The notes beneath the pieces are model-generated. The model was not told the origin of the DNA and searched no databases. It saw only the letters and a list, made by a program, of their open reading frames with translations. A program made the translations under genes and the position numbers. From an uncultured virus (IMG/VR IMGVR_UViG_3300034356_003109) (lineage: Duplodnaviria; Heunggongvirae; Uroviricota; Caudoviricetes): a DNA stretch of 64,000 nucleotides. Of this stretch, positions 17,110 to 26,568 are shown in pieces. The stretch's first letter is position 1, and each line of letters begins with the position of its first letter. The stretch lies in the IMG/VR virus record IMGVR_UViG_3300034356_003109; one strand, given 5' to 3'.

Positions 17110-17304
17110 TTAAAATCTACGAGGCTCAGGAGCGCGAAACACTTCTTGCTCTTTACTCATGTCGCCTTCGACATAATAAATTACGCCGTTTACAGATTTA
17201 GCGCACTGCATAGCCCAATCATACGCTTGCTTCTTTCCTAGCGCAAGATTATAGGCTGACTGATACGCACCATCTCGGTCTCTGACAATATAACGCTTGT
17301 TCAT
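17110..17304 (-). CDS. hypothetical protein
   Basis: Packed ORF. Confidence 0.6.
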   Translation of the reverse strand: MNKRYIVRDRDGAYQSAYNLALGKKQAYDWAMQCAKSVNGVIYYVEGDMSKEQEVFRAPEPRRF

Positions 17305-17305
17305 A

Positions 17306-17590
17306 TTAAGAGTTTTGAATTAGAATGTCGTGAATTAGATGACGAGTCTTATGGTCAAGAATTCGACCAGTCTCGTCCTTCGGGAGATCTGTAACTACCT
17401 TATCAAAATTAAGTCCAAGCACAGAACTCATGCACTTAATCTTTCGGTAGATGCCAATCTCCTTGTACTTTAGAATTGACCACAATGTGTCAACTTGTTC
17501 TGGAGTCGCCTTAGTAATTGCATTAGTCAAGGCAACTGGTTGTGTAATAACATCAGTCTTTTCACTCATATATTTTATATTACCGATCAT
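17306..17590 (-). CDS. hypothetical protein
   Basis: Packed ORF downstream of the rIIB-like gene. Confidence 0.6.
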   Translation of the reverse strand: MIGNIKYMSEKTDVITQPVALTNAITKATPEQVDTLWSILKYKEIGIYRKIKCMSSVLGLNFDKVVTDLPKDETGRILDHKTRHLIHDILIQNS

Positions 17591-18659
17591 CAGACTCTGA
17601 ACCGATAGTTACAACACTGTTCGACAAAGCAGTATCATCATCTTCCTGAACCGTAAATTCTAGGTCCAAACAAATATCCTTGATTTCTTGACAAGTGATA
17701 AAAATACCCTTTAGACGGGATTGAATGGATTTGAGAGTAGGAGGCAATCCAGCCTCAATACGACCCTCAACGTAATTCTTGATAGCGAGATAAGTAGAAT
17801 CGCTATAGTTGTGGCCTTCACTGATATTGCAACCACAATCGTCATCGACGCTGATTTCTTCTTCAGTGTTGTAATAAGGCTCATTGAGCGGAGCTTCAGT
17901 TTCCTTAACGCGCTCGAAAGGAACTTCACCAATGACCTTGTACTTAGAAACGCGAAGCTTCTGGAAGTTGCAATCAGTAGGCACACTAACTGCATCACAA
18001 GGATTAAATTCAACCATCATTAGATGGCCGTCGTTACCAGCCCAATCCTTTGCATAGTCATAGCTGCCAATGTGCAAGCCATGAGAACAATGATTGTCTT
18101 TGTTATCATCAACACTGTTGCGAGCGACTTCAATAGTTTCGCCCACCTTATTAAGAATACAACCATTCTTATTTACAGTACCAGTGATAACAATGGTATT
18201 AGTATTACCACGCTTTGAATAATAATCAGCATCAACGCCTTTATATCCAATAACATTGCCAGTCTCAGTCAATGGCAAAGTCTTATAAGAAAGAAAAGTA
18301 TACAACTGATCGACACTGTTCTTGCTAGGATTGAACATAAGCTTCTCAATAAAATTGAGAATAGGTTGAGCATCCTTAGCTCCTGAGCGCAAAAACTCAA
18401 GCAACTTATCAATTACAAAACCCTTCAGTTCGTAATTGCCGTAATAAACCTTTTCAGCGACAACCTTGATGCTGTTATGCGAGAAGTCTTCGATCTGCTT
18501 CTTGATATCAAGAAACCGACCAATACTGTCGTATTCTGCATTAAGCAGAGCGTTCTTCAATCCGGTATAATTGGGATTATCCGTATTCACCGTGTACGGT
18601 TGACCTTCCCAAATGACCGTGATTGCGTTGCTGGTGACAATGTATGCTGGCTTGTTCAT
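17580..18659 (-). CDS. rIIB: rIIB-like protein
   Basis: NPS...QLY.FL, GYKGV, R..VDD....CS.GLH, V...P.D.VSVP.D....KLRV..Y; follows the rIIA-like gene. Confidence 0.8.
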   Translation of the reverse strand: MNKPAYIVTSNAITVIWEGQPYTVNTDNPNYTGLKNALLNAEYDSIGRFLDIKKQIEDFSHNSIKVVAEKVYYGNYELKGFVIDKLLEFLRSGAKDAQPILNFIEKLMFNPSKNSVDQLYTFLSYKTLPLTETGNVIGYKGVDADYYSKRGNTNTIVITGTVNKNGCILNKVGETIEVARNSVDDNKDNHCSHGLHIGSYDYAKDWAGNDGHLMMVEFNPCDAVSVPTDCNFQKLRVSKYKVIGEVPFERVKETEAPLNEPYYNTEEEISVDDDCGCNISEGHNYSDSTYLAIKNYVEGRIEAGLPPTLKSIQSRLKGIFITCQEIKDICLDLEFTVQEDDDTALSNSVVTIGSESDDR

Positions 18660-18696
18660 AATATTTTTTACACCTTAACTGTTCAACTATGCTAAC

Positions 18697-20889
18697 TCAG
18701 ATTTTCGAAAAGTCAACCGAATTTTGCTGGTTGATGAAGGAAATGTATGCCTTAAATTCAACTTCATTTTTATTGCGATCAGTATGGTAAAGATCGGAGT
18801 GAATTTTAAGCATTGGATAATTTTTATAAATTTCTTCGGTAGCTTCTTTTAAATATTTTCCGCAAATAGAAACTGGAGTTTCGTTATCATGGGACATATT
18901 AATTTTAAGATTTTCCAATGGATGCCGCCAAGTTTTAATAAATTCGGCAAATATAAGCGCGTCTGCTTTCTTAAGAAGTTCTGAACAAAATTTTAGCTTG
19001 TAATCGTATTTCTGATAAGTAACAACATCTCCAATCATAGACACGAAAGTCATAATATTATATGCGTCATCAGTCTTGCAGGAAATGTATTCAAGAGTCA
19101 ACGACTTAACTTCATCAGAGCAAGCGTTCCATTTGTCTTGAACATACTTAATAACATCAACGAAGTCAGCGCGGCTTTTAAATTTACTAGTTATGGCTAT
19201 ATTATTTGATACTCCATAAACATTGATCTTAAACAATTTACTTACATCGTATAAAAAATGAGTATTGAGTTTATTCTTTTCATAATAAAAATGCGAATAC
19301 TGATTGATGGGCTTACCGTTAGAAATAGGAAAATAAAGTTTAACAACAGATGCATCGTTTATCTCTTGAGAATAAGAATTTGAAGAAAGAAAAATGCGGT
19401 CATGAACCTTGTAAAAATAACTAGGCGTATATGGAATGGTAGAAGCTTTCTTATTAGAAGGAAGCTTAACAGCATTCAATTCACTTAGATTACAATAACC
19501 AGACTTAACAAGATCAAATCGATTAACCTCTTTGAACTTATCAACACCATTAAGAGTAGCAGAACTAATGATTGATTGATCGTGAGCAACAACGACTACG
19601 TTTTTGTATTTTTTAACTAATTCGTAAACGCGAGGAACGACCTTCGTATTGTCTGGCAAATCATGAAATACAATATAAGTATCTTTATCATTGCCAACAG
19701 TATAACATTTAGCAATAGCTACACGATCACCAGATACGCAATAATTCTTAGCATAAACAGGAATCCTGATCGTTTTATCATTCTCTTCATAACTAGAACG
19801 ATTGAAATTCCAAGTAGTAATTTTATGACCTTTGAAAACAAAGACATCTTGGTCTTGAAGTTTGTCAAAAGCGTTTCGAGGAAAAGTCTGGCTAATATCT
19901 TTATAGTAAGACATAGCATCACGCAAACAATCAAATTGCGCGATTTTGTTTTTAATCGAATCCGTAAACTCTTTACAGAAAGCTTGATAACGAGACTTTA
20001 GATAAGACTTGGTAGTCTTATTGTACTCAAGCGTTTCGCGTGAGTGATGTAGCGAAACAGATCCAATATCAGCAATAAAAACAAGCTTATTAAGATACTT
20101 AGTCCATGCGTAATCATCGTCACTCTTGAAATCAACCAGTTCAGGATTGATAGGATAATAAATGCCGCCCATTACAATACCCTGTTCGCCAACTGAATAA
20201 TGATTATAACTGTTATAAGATTTGCGAATCTGCCAATTATTACCAGAAGTAACGATCTCAGGCTTGACAATGTGATTTTGAATATTGAGGAACGTAGGAA
20301 GAACCTCAAAATTACTAAAGAATGAAGCGATCTCTTCGTTGAATTTATTTATATCAGCATTCGCGACTCCGACAGAAATACAAATACCATTACATTCAGA
20401 AGTATGCCCAAGGAATACTTCATCAATCTTAGTGTCATTCTCTTCAGAGATATAAAGGCTATAGATAGATTGAATACCATTATAATAAGAAGTAACAGTA
20501 AAACTATCTTTGTAAGAAAGAGGAGCGAAGCGTCCAATCCCAAAACCGCCGATTGAAAGATCGGAACCGCGCTTTGTAGATTTGCCAAATTTACTATATA
20601 GATTAAAAATTTGATCTCGGCTCAGACCACATCCGTAGTCACGAACTGAAAAAGTCTGATCAAGAGAAGTTGGAGACTTAACTTCGATAAGTTCAGGAGA
20701 AAGATTGTTCTCTTTATTCGCATCAACAGCGTTGGCGTAAGTCTCGCGAATGGTCGCAAGAATCGTGTTTGAATAATTGTTCCGCAAAAGCGAGGAAATG
20801 TACCTCATATCTTCTGCGTCAATCGAGCAGTTTACGGTTGGGAAATCGTGCGAAGTCGCAACGACTCTATCAGCAACAAGGATCTTCAT
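18697..20889 (-). CDS. rIIA: rIIA-like protein (N-terminal GHKL ATPase)
   Basis: YSN...IRETYANAVDA, VRDYGCG, STK, GGFGIG, SRETLEY. Confidence 0.85.
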   Translation of the reverse strand: MKILVADRVVATSHDFPTVNCSIDAEDMRYISSLLRNNYSNTILATIRETYANAVDANKENNLSPELIEVKSPTSLDQTFSVRDYGCGLSRDQIFNLYSKFGKSTKRGSDLSIGGFGIGRFAPLSYKDSFTVTSYYNGIQSIYSLYISEENDTKIDEVFLGHTSECNGICISVGVANADINKFNEEIASFFSNFEVLPTFLNIQNHIVKPEIVTSGNNWQIRKSYNSYNHYSVGEQGIVMGGIYYPINPELVDFKSDDDYAWTKYLNKLVFIADIGSVSLHHSRETLEYNKTTKSYLKSRYQAFCKEFTDSIKNKIAQFDCLRDAMSYYKDISQTFPRNAFDKLQDQDVFVFKGHKITTWNFNRSSYEENDKTIRIPVYAKNYCVSGDRVAIAKCYTVGNDKDTYIVFHDLPDNTKVVPRVYELVKKYKNVVVVAHDQSIISSATLNGVDKFKEVNRFDLVKSGYCNLSELNAVKLPSNKKASTIPYTPSYFYKVHDRIFLSSNSYSQEINDASVVKLYFPISNGKPINQYSHFYYEKNKLNTHFLYDVSKLFKINVYGVSNNIAITSKFKSRADFVDVIKYVQDKWNACSDEVKSLTLEYISCKTDDAYNIMTFVSMIGDVVTYQKYDYKLKFCSELLKKADALIFAEFIKTWRHPLENLKINMSHDNETPVSICGKYLKEATEEIYKNYPMLKIHSDLYHTDRNKNEVEFKAYISFINQQNSVDFSKI

Positions 20890-20897
20890 ACGCCATG

Positions 20898-20925
20898 ATT
20901 ATGGCAAATCATTCGAAATCGTCAA
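20898..20925 (-). promoter_or_regulatory. sigma70-like promoter, near-leaderless
   Basis: TTGACG-16-CATAAT, 8 nt before the rIIA ATG. Confidence 0.65.
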
Positions 20926-21193
20926 GGGGTTTTTCAAAAAAATCATCAAGGTATCCACTACTTAATTCAAGATAAAAAATAACTGATTTTTCATCTTCAA
21001 ACATTCTTACTTCATTGGAAATACTTTTGGCGCATTTATAAAATATATCACTGCTATATTTATCTACGCTTTCTTCATTGGGGACTAACGCTCGTATAAC
21101 GTCTAATACTAAAACGCGCAAATAGAAATCAGAATTGTTTTGTATCTGATTGTAGAATTTTTTATCTACAATTACTGCAAATTTATGAGTCAT
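20909..21193 (-). CDS. hypothetical protein
   Basis: ORF immediately downstream of tRNA-Gly. Confidence 0.55.
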   Translation of the reverse strand: MTHKFAVIVDKKFYNQIQNNSDFYLRVLVLDVIRALVPNEESVDKYSSDIFYKCAKSISNEVRMFEDEKSVIFYLELSSGYLDDFFEKPLDDFE

Positions 21194-21198
21194 AAAAG

Positions 21199-21272
21199 TG
21201 GAGCGTCATATCGGTACTGCCCCGATTTGTCCTGTTTGGAAGACAGGTACATTACTTTTATGTTAATGACGC
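21199..21272 (-). tRNA. tRNA-Gly(TCC)
   Basis: GCGTCAT/ATGACGC-TCCA; CCTGT-CTTCCAA-ACAGG; T-loop GGCAGTA. Confidence 0.85.
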
Positions 21273-21674
21273 TTTATTAAATCTTTCGAAAGTTCTAACT
21301 CTGTGACAATTAGCGCATACTAATTCACATTTTTTGATTTCATTTAGAACTTTCTTTTTACTATAATTTCCTTTAGCTGCGTTTGATATTTGAAATTTTT
21401 TATTATGCAAATGATCAAATTCCATGACATAATGTGGATAACTAACACCACAATCTTTACATGGTAAATTTTTTAACGATTTATACCATTCGAAAAAATT
21501 CTGTTTGTTTTCTTTGACTTGCAATAATATTTTATCTTTATTTTTTAAATAATGATTGCGCCTTAAAATTTTATGACATTCTTTACAATGACTTGAAAGC
21601 CCATCTTTTTTAGAAATATTTTTACTGAAATGATTTAAAGATTTACCTTGTTTGCATTCAGTGCAAATTTTCAT
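21258..21674 (-). CDS. HNH endonuclease
   Basis: CTEC/CKEC, PCKDCG, EFDHL...KCELVCANCHRVRT; stop codon lies inside tRNA-Gly. Confidence 0.85.
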   Translation of the reverse strand: MKICTECKQGKSLNHFSKNISKKDGLSSHCKECHKILRRNHYLKNKDKILLQVKENKQNFFEWYKSLKNLPCKDCGVSYPHYVMEFDHLHNKKFQISNAAKGNYSKKKVLNEIKKCELVCANCHRVRTFERFNKASLT

Positions 21675-21679
21675 ATTAA

Positions 21680-21979
21680 TTACGGATTTATTACTTTTTC
21701 TAACCCACAAACTGGCTTTAGCCTTAGTAAAGCTTTGCCGCCTTGTTTATCGTCATGTTGAATAGCAAAACATTGTATAAAAACAAATTCATTAATAAAC
21801 CTTACGTCTATTAATTGTACACTATGTTGTTTGCCGTCTTCAGTCTTAAGAATAGCAAGCGGCGGCGAATTAATATCAATATCCTTATACAAAGAATCAA
21901 TATTTACTTCTTGCCCAACATAGTTTTCCAAGAATTTACCACCAGCATTGCTGCCGTCTATGTTGAGAATAAACTTCAT
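21680..21979 (-). CDS. hypothetical protein
   Basis: Packed ORF. Confidence 0.6.
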   Translation of the reverse strand: MKFILNIDGSNAGGKFLENYVGQEVNIDSLYKDIDINSPPLAILKTEDGKQHSVQLIDVRFINEFVFIQCFAIQHDDKQGGKALLRLKPVCGLEKVINP

Positions 21980-22188
21980 GCTTCGATATCTATAATTTCG
22001 TTCTTGGGGTTATTAAGAACTTGCTTAAGGATTTCAATAATAAGCAAGTCTTGTTGAGCTTGAGGCTTGAAATCAGCTTCGCTTTTAAAGATATCCTTCA
22101 ATACTTCAAGATCATTATCTCCGATCTTAATTGTTACATTTTTCATGTATTAATAATATACATAAGGTATGACTTTTCAATTGACAGT

Positions 22189-22632
22189 TTATTCGTTTAA
22201 TAAATTACGGACTGTACTTGCGGTCCATTTTCTACCTGTTCTGGTGGGTATATTTTCATTATTTAAATAGTCAGCTTTGCTTTGAAGAGTTTTAAAGCCA
22301 TTGTCTTTTAGATATATTGTAATAGGTGACATTTTGATTCGAAATTCTTTTTTCGCTTTGTTTGCGCCATCATTCATAATTTTAATTGATTTTTCTGGAT
22401 TTGGGCCACCGAGTTTTACGCCACGTTGTTTTGCTTTTTGTAGACCCTGTTTAGTTAGATTAGACAAAGAGATGTTTCTGGGTTTTATGTTATGTACTTT
22501 GTCGTGACATGGTTGACAAAGCGGTATGGTATTTTTACCGCCTAGTGATTGTGGAATTACATGATGTTTTACTATATTAGATATAGAATTACATTCGAAA
22601 CATTTTGCTGAATCAAACGAGATAAGTAACAT
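22189..22632 (-). CDS. HNH endonuclease fused to a recombinase-type DNA-binding domain
   Basis: CFEC..HHVIP..GG...LCQPCH..VH, then TKQGL..AK.RG.KLG and LN...IPT..G.KW...TV.N. Confidence 0.7.
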   Translation of the reverse strand: MLLISFDSAKCFECNSISNIVKHHVIPQSLGGKNTIPLCQPCHDKVHNIKPRNISLSNLTKQGLQKAKQRGVKLGGPNPEKSIKIMNDGANKAKKEFRIKMSPITIYLKDNGFKTLQSKADYLNNENIPTRTGRKWTASTVRNLLNE

Positions 22633-22635
22633 TTT

Positions 22636-23580
22636 TCAATTATGAAGACGCTTGATTAGATGAATAAAAGCTTTGTCTTTGCCTTTTACTTCGATCTCCC
22701 AAGTAACATCAAGACCCATATCAGGAGGAGCGGTAGTTAGATTCTTGGCATGATTTCTTTTTGTACCAGCTTCAGCTTCAGACCAATGAAATACTGGAGG
22801 AACGCTCCAAGTCTGAAAAAATCGAATAAAATTCTTTTCAAAAGGTACTATAGAGCCGTCAGGTAAGATGCTAGGATTAGCGGTATCGTGTAGATTGTCG
22901 TAAGTCAAAGGGAAGTGAAAATTATAAACTTGTTTCATGTAGTTATGAAAATAGTCATAAAGATTACTGCAAGTCCAGAAACCTTTGTCTTCGTTTTCAA
23001 CCACTAGTCTACTACGAACTGACATATCACAACGAAAGAGATTTCGTACAAATTTGTCTACGAACTTTTCAGCAGATTCAAAATTAGACAAACTAGGATG
23101 AATATTAATTGGGCATTCATGAGTTTGCGGCATTCTCATTTGATCTAAAACCCAAGCATGAAAATTGAGTTCCGCTATGGATTTGGCGCAAATGTCATCG
23201 GAATTAGAACCAAGAACCACGAACTGATCAGGATGAATTGACATCGTAATATTTAGTTCGCGAGACACACGGCCAATCTCCATCAGCTTTTGCTCAAGAA
23301 GGTTCCAGTAAGGAAGTAATTCAACTTGAATCTTAAGAGTAGGATCAGTAACCAAAGGAAACAATTTGCAAGACAAACGATAATGTTTAATACCTACTTC
23401 TTTACAATGCTTTAAAGTTTCAATCGTAACCGTAAGGTTATGAGAGATGCGGCGAGAAAGTTCAGCGATAGATTCGTCACGATCCTTTTTAAGGAACTGA
23501 GTACGAGTCATGGTTTTGAACGCTAATTCGGGGTTTTTATCCCGCAAAAGTTCAGAAATGCAAACGAGTCCATATTTCAT
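22636..23580 (-). CDS. uvsE: UV damage endonuclease
   Basis: YRLS..LFP, SIHPDQF.VL.S, INIH, VENED, DNLHD, FHWS. Confidence 0.9.
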   Translation of the reverse strand: MKYGLVCISELLRDKNPELAFKTMTRTQFLKKDRDESIAELSRRISHNLTVTIETLKHCKEVGIKHYRLSCKLFPLVTDPTLKIQVELLPYWNLLEQKLMEIGRVSRELNITMSIHPDQFVVLGSNSDDICAKSIAELNFHAWVLDQMRMPQTHECPINIHPSLSNFESAEKFVDKFVRNLFRCDMSVRSRLVVENEDKGFWTCSNLYDYFHNYMKQVYNFHFPLTYDNLHDTANPSILPDGSIVPFEKNFIRFFQTWSVPPVFHWSEAEAGTKRNHAKNLTTAPPDMGLDVTWEIEVKGKDKAFIHLIKRLHN

Positions 23581-23586
23581 CGCCTG

Positions 23587-23615
23587 ACTTTAAGATTTTT
23601 TTGCTGTCTTGTCAA
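23587..23615 (-). promoter_or_regulatory. sigma70-like promoter, leaderless
   Basis: TTGACA-17-TAAAGT, 6 nt before the uvsE ATG. Confidence 0.7.
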
Positions 23616-24336
23616 GGGGTAAATTCTCAATAAACTCAGAAATATTATCTAATAAATAAACTAAATTTTCTATGTCTTTATTTTTATCTGAAACTAAATA
23701 AATCTTTTCACAATCATCGTTACGCCCATAATTTAAAATAAAAAAGTTTTTATCGATGTCTTTTATAAAATCAAAAATTCTTTTATTTTTTTCGGACAGG
23801 CTGTATCTTACATTATCTTCTGTTTCGACTGTGTTGGAATGAGATATTAATGGACAAAAACAAAAATCGTTATGATTTAATCTTTTGGCCTCTATAAAAT
23901 GAGTTTGCATTTTACTATCTATTTTTTTTAAATTACTGCTTAATAAATAATCATAAATTTCATGCTCGATTATTTCGCGATTATTGTTTAGATAATAAGC
24001 GTTAAAAGTTATCACGCCTTCTTTAAAATCTTTAAATCCAAATCCTTTCTTTAATTCGATTTCACCTTCTGAATCATAATTAAATTCTACACCAACTGTA
24101 AAACCAGAAAAACCGGGATGAAGTTTTTTCCACTCTTTAGTGTCTGTGTAGTATTTTAAACACTCTTCACCTCCGAAATCCAATAAAAAATTAAAATACG
24201 CATCAAAATGCTCGTATATTTTATTGTAAATTTTTATCTTTTGTATTTTACCTTCTTTGAGAGAAAGACCGGCTGAATATATATTTTTGCCGCCGTCAAA
24301 TATTATTGGATTGATTATATCTTTGAAGTATATCAT
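23590..24336 (-). CDS. hypothetical protein
   Basis: 248-aa very AT-rich ORF. Confidence 0.6.
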   Translation of the reverse strand: MIYFKDIINPIIFDGGKNIYSAGLSLKEGKIQKIKIYNKIYEHFDAYFNFLLDFGGEECLKYYTDTKEWKKLHPGFSGFTVGVEFNYDSEGEIELKKGFGFKDFKEGVITFNAYYLNNNREIIEHEIYDYLLSSNLKKIDSKMQTHFIEAKRLNHNDFCFCPLISHSNTVETEDNVRYSLSEKNKRIFDFIKDIDKNFFILNYGRNDDCEKIYLVSDKNKDIENLVYLLDNISEFIENLPLDKTAKKS

Positions 24337-24901
24337 AACTACTAGAGAATTTTATTTTTTTATGTATAGCTCTTTGATGTATTAAGGTAAAACCTACGCT
24401 TCTACATATTATAGGAAAAATATCAGCATTATAAACATTACATCCACAGTCTAATAAAACACAAGCAGTTAACCCTCCAATATTCAATGGTAAATTCACA
24501 TGTTTCGCAAAATTACAAGAGTTTTGTATGTTTACGCTTGAATAATTCAAGGCTGCAATTTTTTCTAAAGCTCTTTGAGTTCTTGGATCAACATCTTTAT
24601 ATTTAGGATGACCAAAACCGGGATAAAATCTACTTTCAGTTTTGTAATTTTCTAATATAAAGTTAAGTGCGCTGCTAAAACAGGCGTGTTTAACACCAAA
24701 AACATTAATAGAACTAGCTATTACTTGAGGTAATTTTTGCCCACAAGCCGTAGAATACAATGCTATTGCTGAACTTGGGGGTTCTATTTCATCGTCATCA
24801 AACGAAAAAAGCTCATTAGCAATAAATTCTAAAATTTCATTTTGATCGTCGGTTATTTCTTTATTATTTAATTTATAAAATAATGATTTTAAAAAGCTCA
24901 T
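24296..24901 (-). CDS. citrate synthase / citryl-CoA lyase-like protein (compact, divergent)
   Basis: PGFGHPKYKDVDPR, FGVKH, LPLNIG, R.VG...H. Confidence 0.7.
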   Translation of the reverse strand: MSFLKSLFYKLNNKEITDDQNEILEFIANELFSFDDDEIEPPSSAIALYSTACGQKLPQVIASSINVFGVKHACFSSALNFILENYKTESRFYPGFGHPKYKDVDPRTQRALEKIAALNYSSVNIQNSCNFAKHVNLPLNIGGLTACVLLDCGCNVYNADIFPIICRSVGFTLIHQRAIHKKIKFSSSYDILQRYNQSNNI

Positions 24902-25377
24902 TTAGGAAAAATAGTGTATTTTTTAATATTTGTATTAACGCCATCAGGAGTTATGATAGAATCACTAATATGTAAATTAAAGTTAAATATCTCAGCGGTT
25001 TTTTTTGCGTTTTCAATAGAAATGACATTAGAATTTTTTATGAAAGTAGAAAATTCATCTATTTCTGTTTTTAATAAATCGAACATTTTTTCACGCAGTA
25101 AAAAGCTATATTTTTTACCTCTGTGTTCCGGCAATATAAAGGTAAAGCCTCCTTCTATTTTTTTATTTTTTATTTTTACTATTTCATATCCAATAGGATT
25201 ATCGTTTTCAAAAAGTATAAAACAATGGTTTTTCGAAAGGCTAATAAGGACCACTTCTTTAAAAAATGACTCATAAGGACCATGAGTTTGTTTTATAATT
25301 TCCGATATAGATTGATTGTAGATTTTTTCAAAATCCTTCGAATTGAAAAACAATTTATATCTTTCTACTTTTATCAT
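24898..25377 (-). CDS. GNAT acetyltransferase
   Basis: FILPEHRGKKYS acetyl-CoA motif, N..S. Confidence 0.7.
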   Translation of the reverse strand: MIKVERYKLFFNSKDFEKIYNQSISEIIKQTHGPYESFFKEVVLISLSKNHCFILFENDNPIGYEIVKIKNKKIEGGFTFILPEHRGKKYSFLLREKMFDLLKTEIDEFSTFIKNSNVISIENAKKTAEIFNFNLHISDSIITPDGVNTNIKKYTIFPK

Positions 25378-25380
25378 AAT

Positions 25381-25405
25381 AAAAAGCCCCCATTTCTGGG
25401 GGCTT
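25381..25405 (-). terminator. intrinsic terminator
   Basis: AAGCCCCCA-GAAA-TGGGGGCTT followed by TTT. Confidence 0.75.
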
Positions 25406-25412
25406 GACTCAT

Positions 25413-25736
25413 TCACATTGGAATACCATCATCATCTTCAACAGACGCTGGTTGCGGTACTCGCTTCGGCGGTGCAGTCTTTACCTTTGCTGGTGCTGTA
25501 GCAGCTTCGCCGTTCTCTTGCTCATTAGACAAGTAAATAATAAAGTCTGGCGACTTCTCATTACTCTTAGTCTTGTTACTGAACATGATTACTCGCTGCT
25601 TCACTTTGTTTCCTAGCTCATCAGAAATGATATAGCCAGTACAAAACGAACTCTTTCCATTAGCGGCTGCTTTCTTCCAAAGCGCACCAACTTCACGATT
25701 CTTCCAATCTGATTGCTTATCTGTGGTATTACTCAT
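25413..25736 (-). CDS. putative ssDNA-binding protein (DUF736-like)
   Basis: VGALWK...G.I, N..K.NEKSPDF.I; SSB-like acidic tail DDDGIPM. Confidence 0.55.
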   Translation of the reverse strand: MSNTTDKQSDWKNREVGALWKKAAANGKSSFCTGYIISDELGNKVKQRVIMFSNKTKSNEKSPDFIIYLSNEQENGEAATAPAKVKTAPPKRVPQPASVEDDDGIPM

Positions 25737-25874
25737 ATTTTTTATTGTGATGTATAACTAAAACTAACGAAGTGAATATTATTATTAATAGTAGCACTAA
25801 TTTTTATCTTCATGTTAGCAATTATTTACGCGAACTCACTTTAGCAGATTTTTTGAGGCTGTCAAGAGGTGATT

Positions 25875-26063
25875 TCAAAAATTATCGAGATCTCCCAACA
25901 TTTTCACTTCTAAAGTTATTCTGTTTTTTAATGCGATCAATTGTTTCAAATATTTTAATCTGCTTTTTTCTGTTTTTGCTCTTGTCGTTTTTAAAATAAC
26001 CTTGTCAACCTCTTTATTAAAAAATGCAGCGGAATCTTCAACTATTTTTTTATGGTTTGACAT
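25875..26063 (-). CDS. hypothetical protein
   Basis: Packed ORF. Confidence 0.55.
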   Translation of the reverse strand: MSNHKKIVEDSAAFFNKEVDKVILKTTRAKTEKSRLKYLKQLIALKNRITLEVKMLGDLDNF

Positions 26064-26568
26064 ATAGAGCTTGTAAAAAATCTTGGTCTTTTTTGACCCA
26101 ATGCAAGATTTTTTCGATACTCTTATTATTCAATTGGATGTTGTTTATTCCATAAAATTTAAATATTTCTTGGTACTTTAAATCAGGTTCTTGAACCGAG
26201 CCTTTTATATATTGTTGAATGAAATAAACATTTTTTATTTTTGAAGCTGCGATGGTTTTGGCGCAATGAACACACGGGCTGTAAACCATACAAGCGTAGT
26301 GAGGTTGACGAGATGCATATAAAATAGCATTGATTTCGGCATGATTAATTAAACAAGATTTAGTTTCGCGATCTTTAAAAACATCTTCTTTTGGTAAAAA
26401 ACCGGGACCGAATCCGTTAAAGCCAGTAGACACTGTTCGCCATTCTTGGTCGAATAGCGCAACGCCTACTTGTGTGTGAGGATCTTCAGATCGCGATCTT
26501 GCAGAAAGAGCGATATAACATCCATATTCTGGTTTACTTAATCTTGGGTTATTCGGATTGAAACTCAT
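26050..26568 (-). CDS. dCMP deaminase
   Basis: RSEDPHTQVG, STGFNG, HAEINA, PCVHCAK. Confidence 0.9.
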   Translation of the reverse strand: MSFNPNNPRLSKPEYGCYIALSARSRSEDPHTQVGVALFDQEWRTVSTGFNGFGPGFLPKEDVFKDRETKSCLINHAEINAILYASRQPHYACMVYSPCVHCAKTIAASKIKNVYFIQQYIKGSVQEPDLKYQEIFKFYGINNIQLNNKSIEKILHWVKKDQDFLQALYVKP

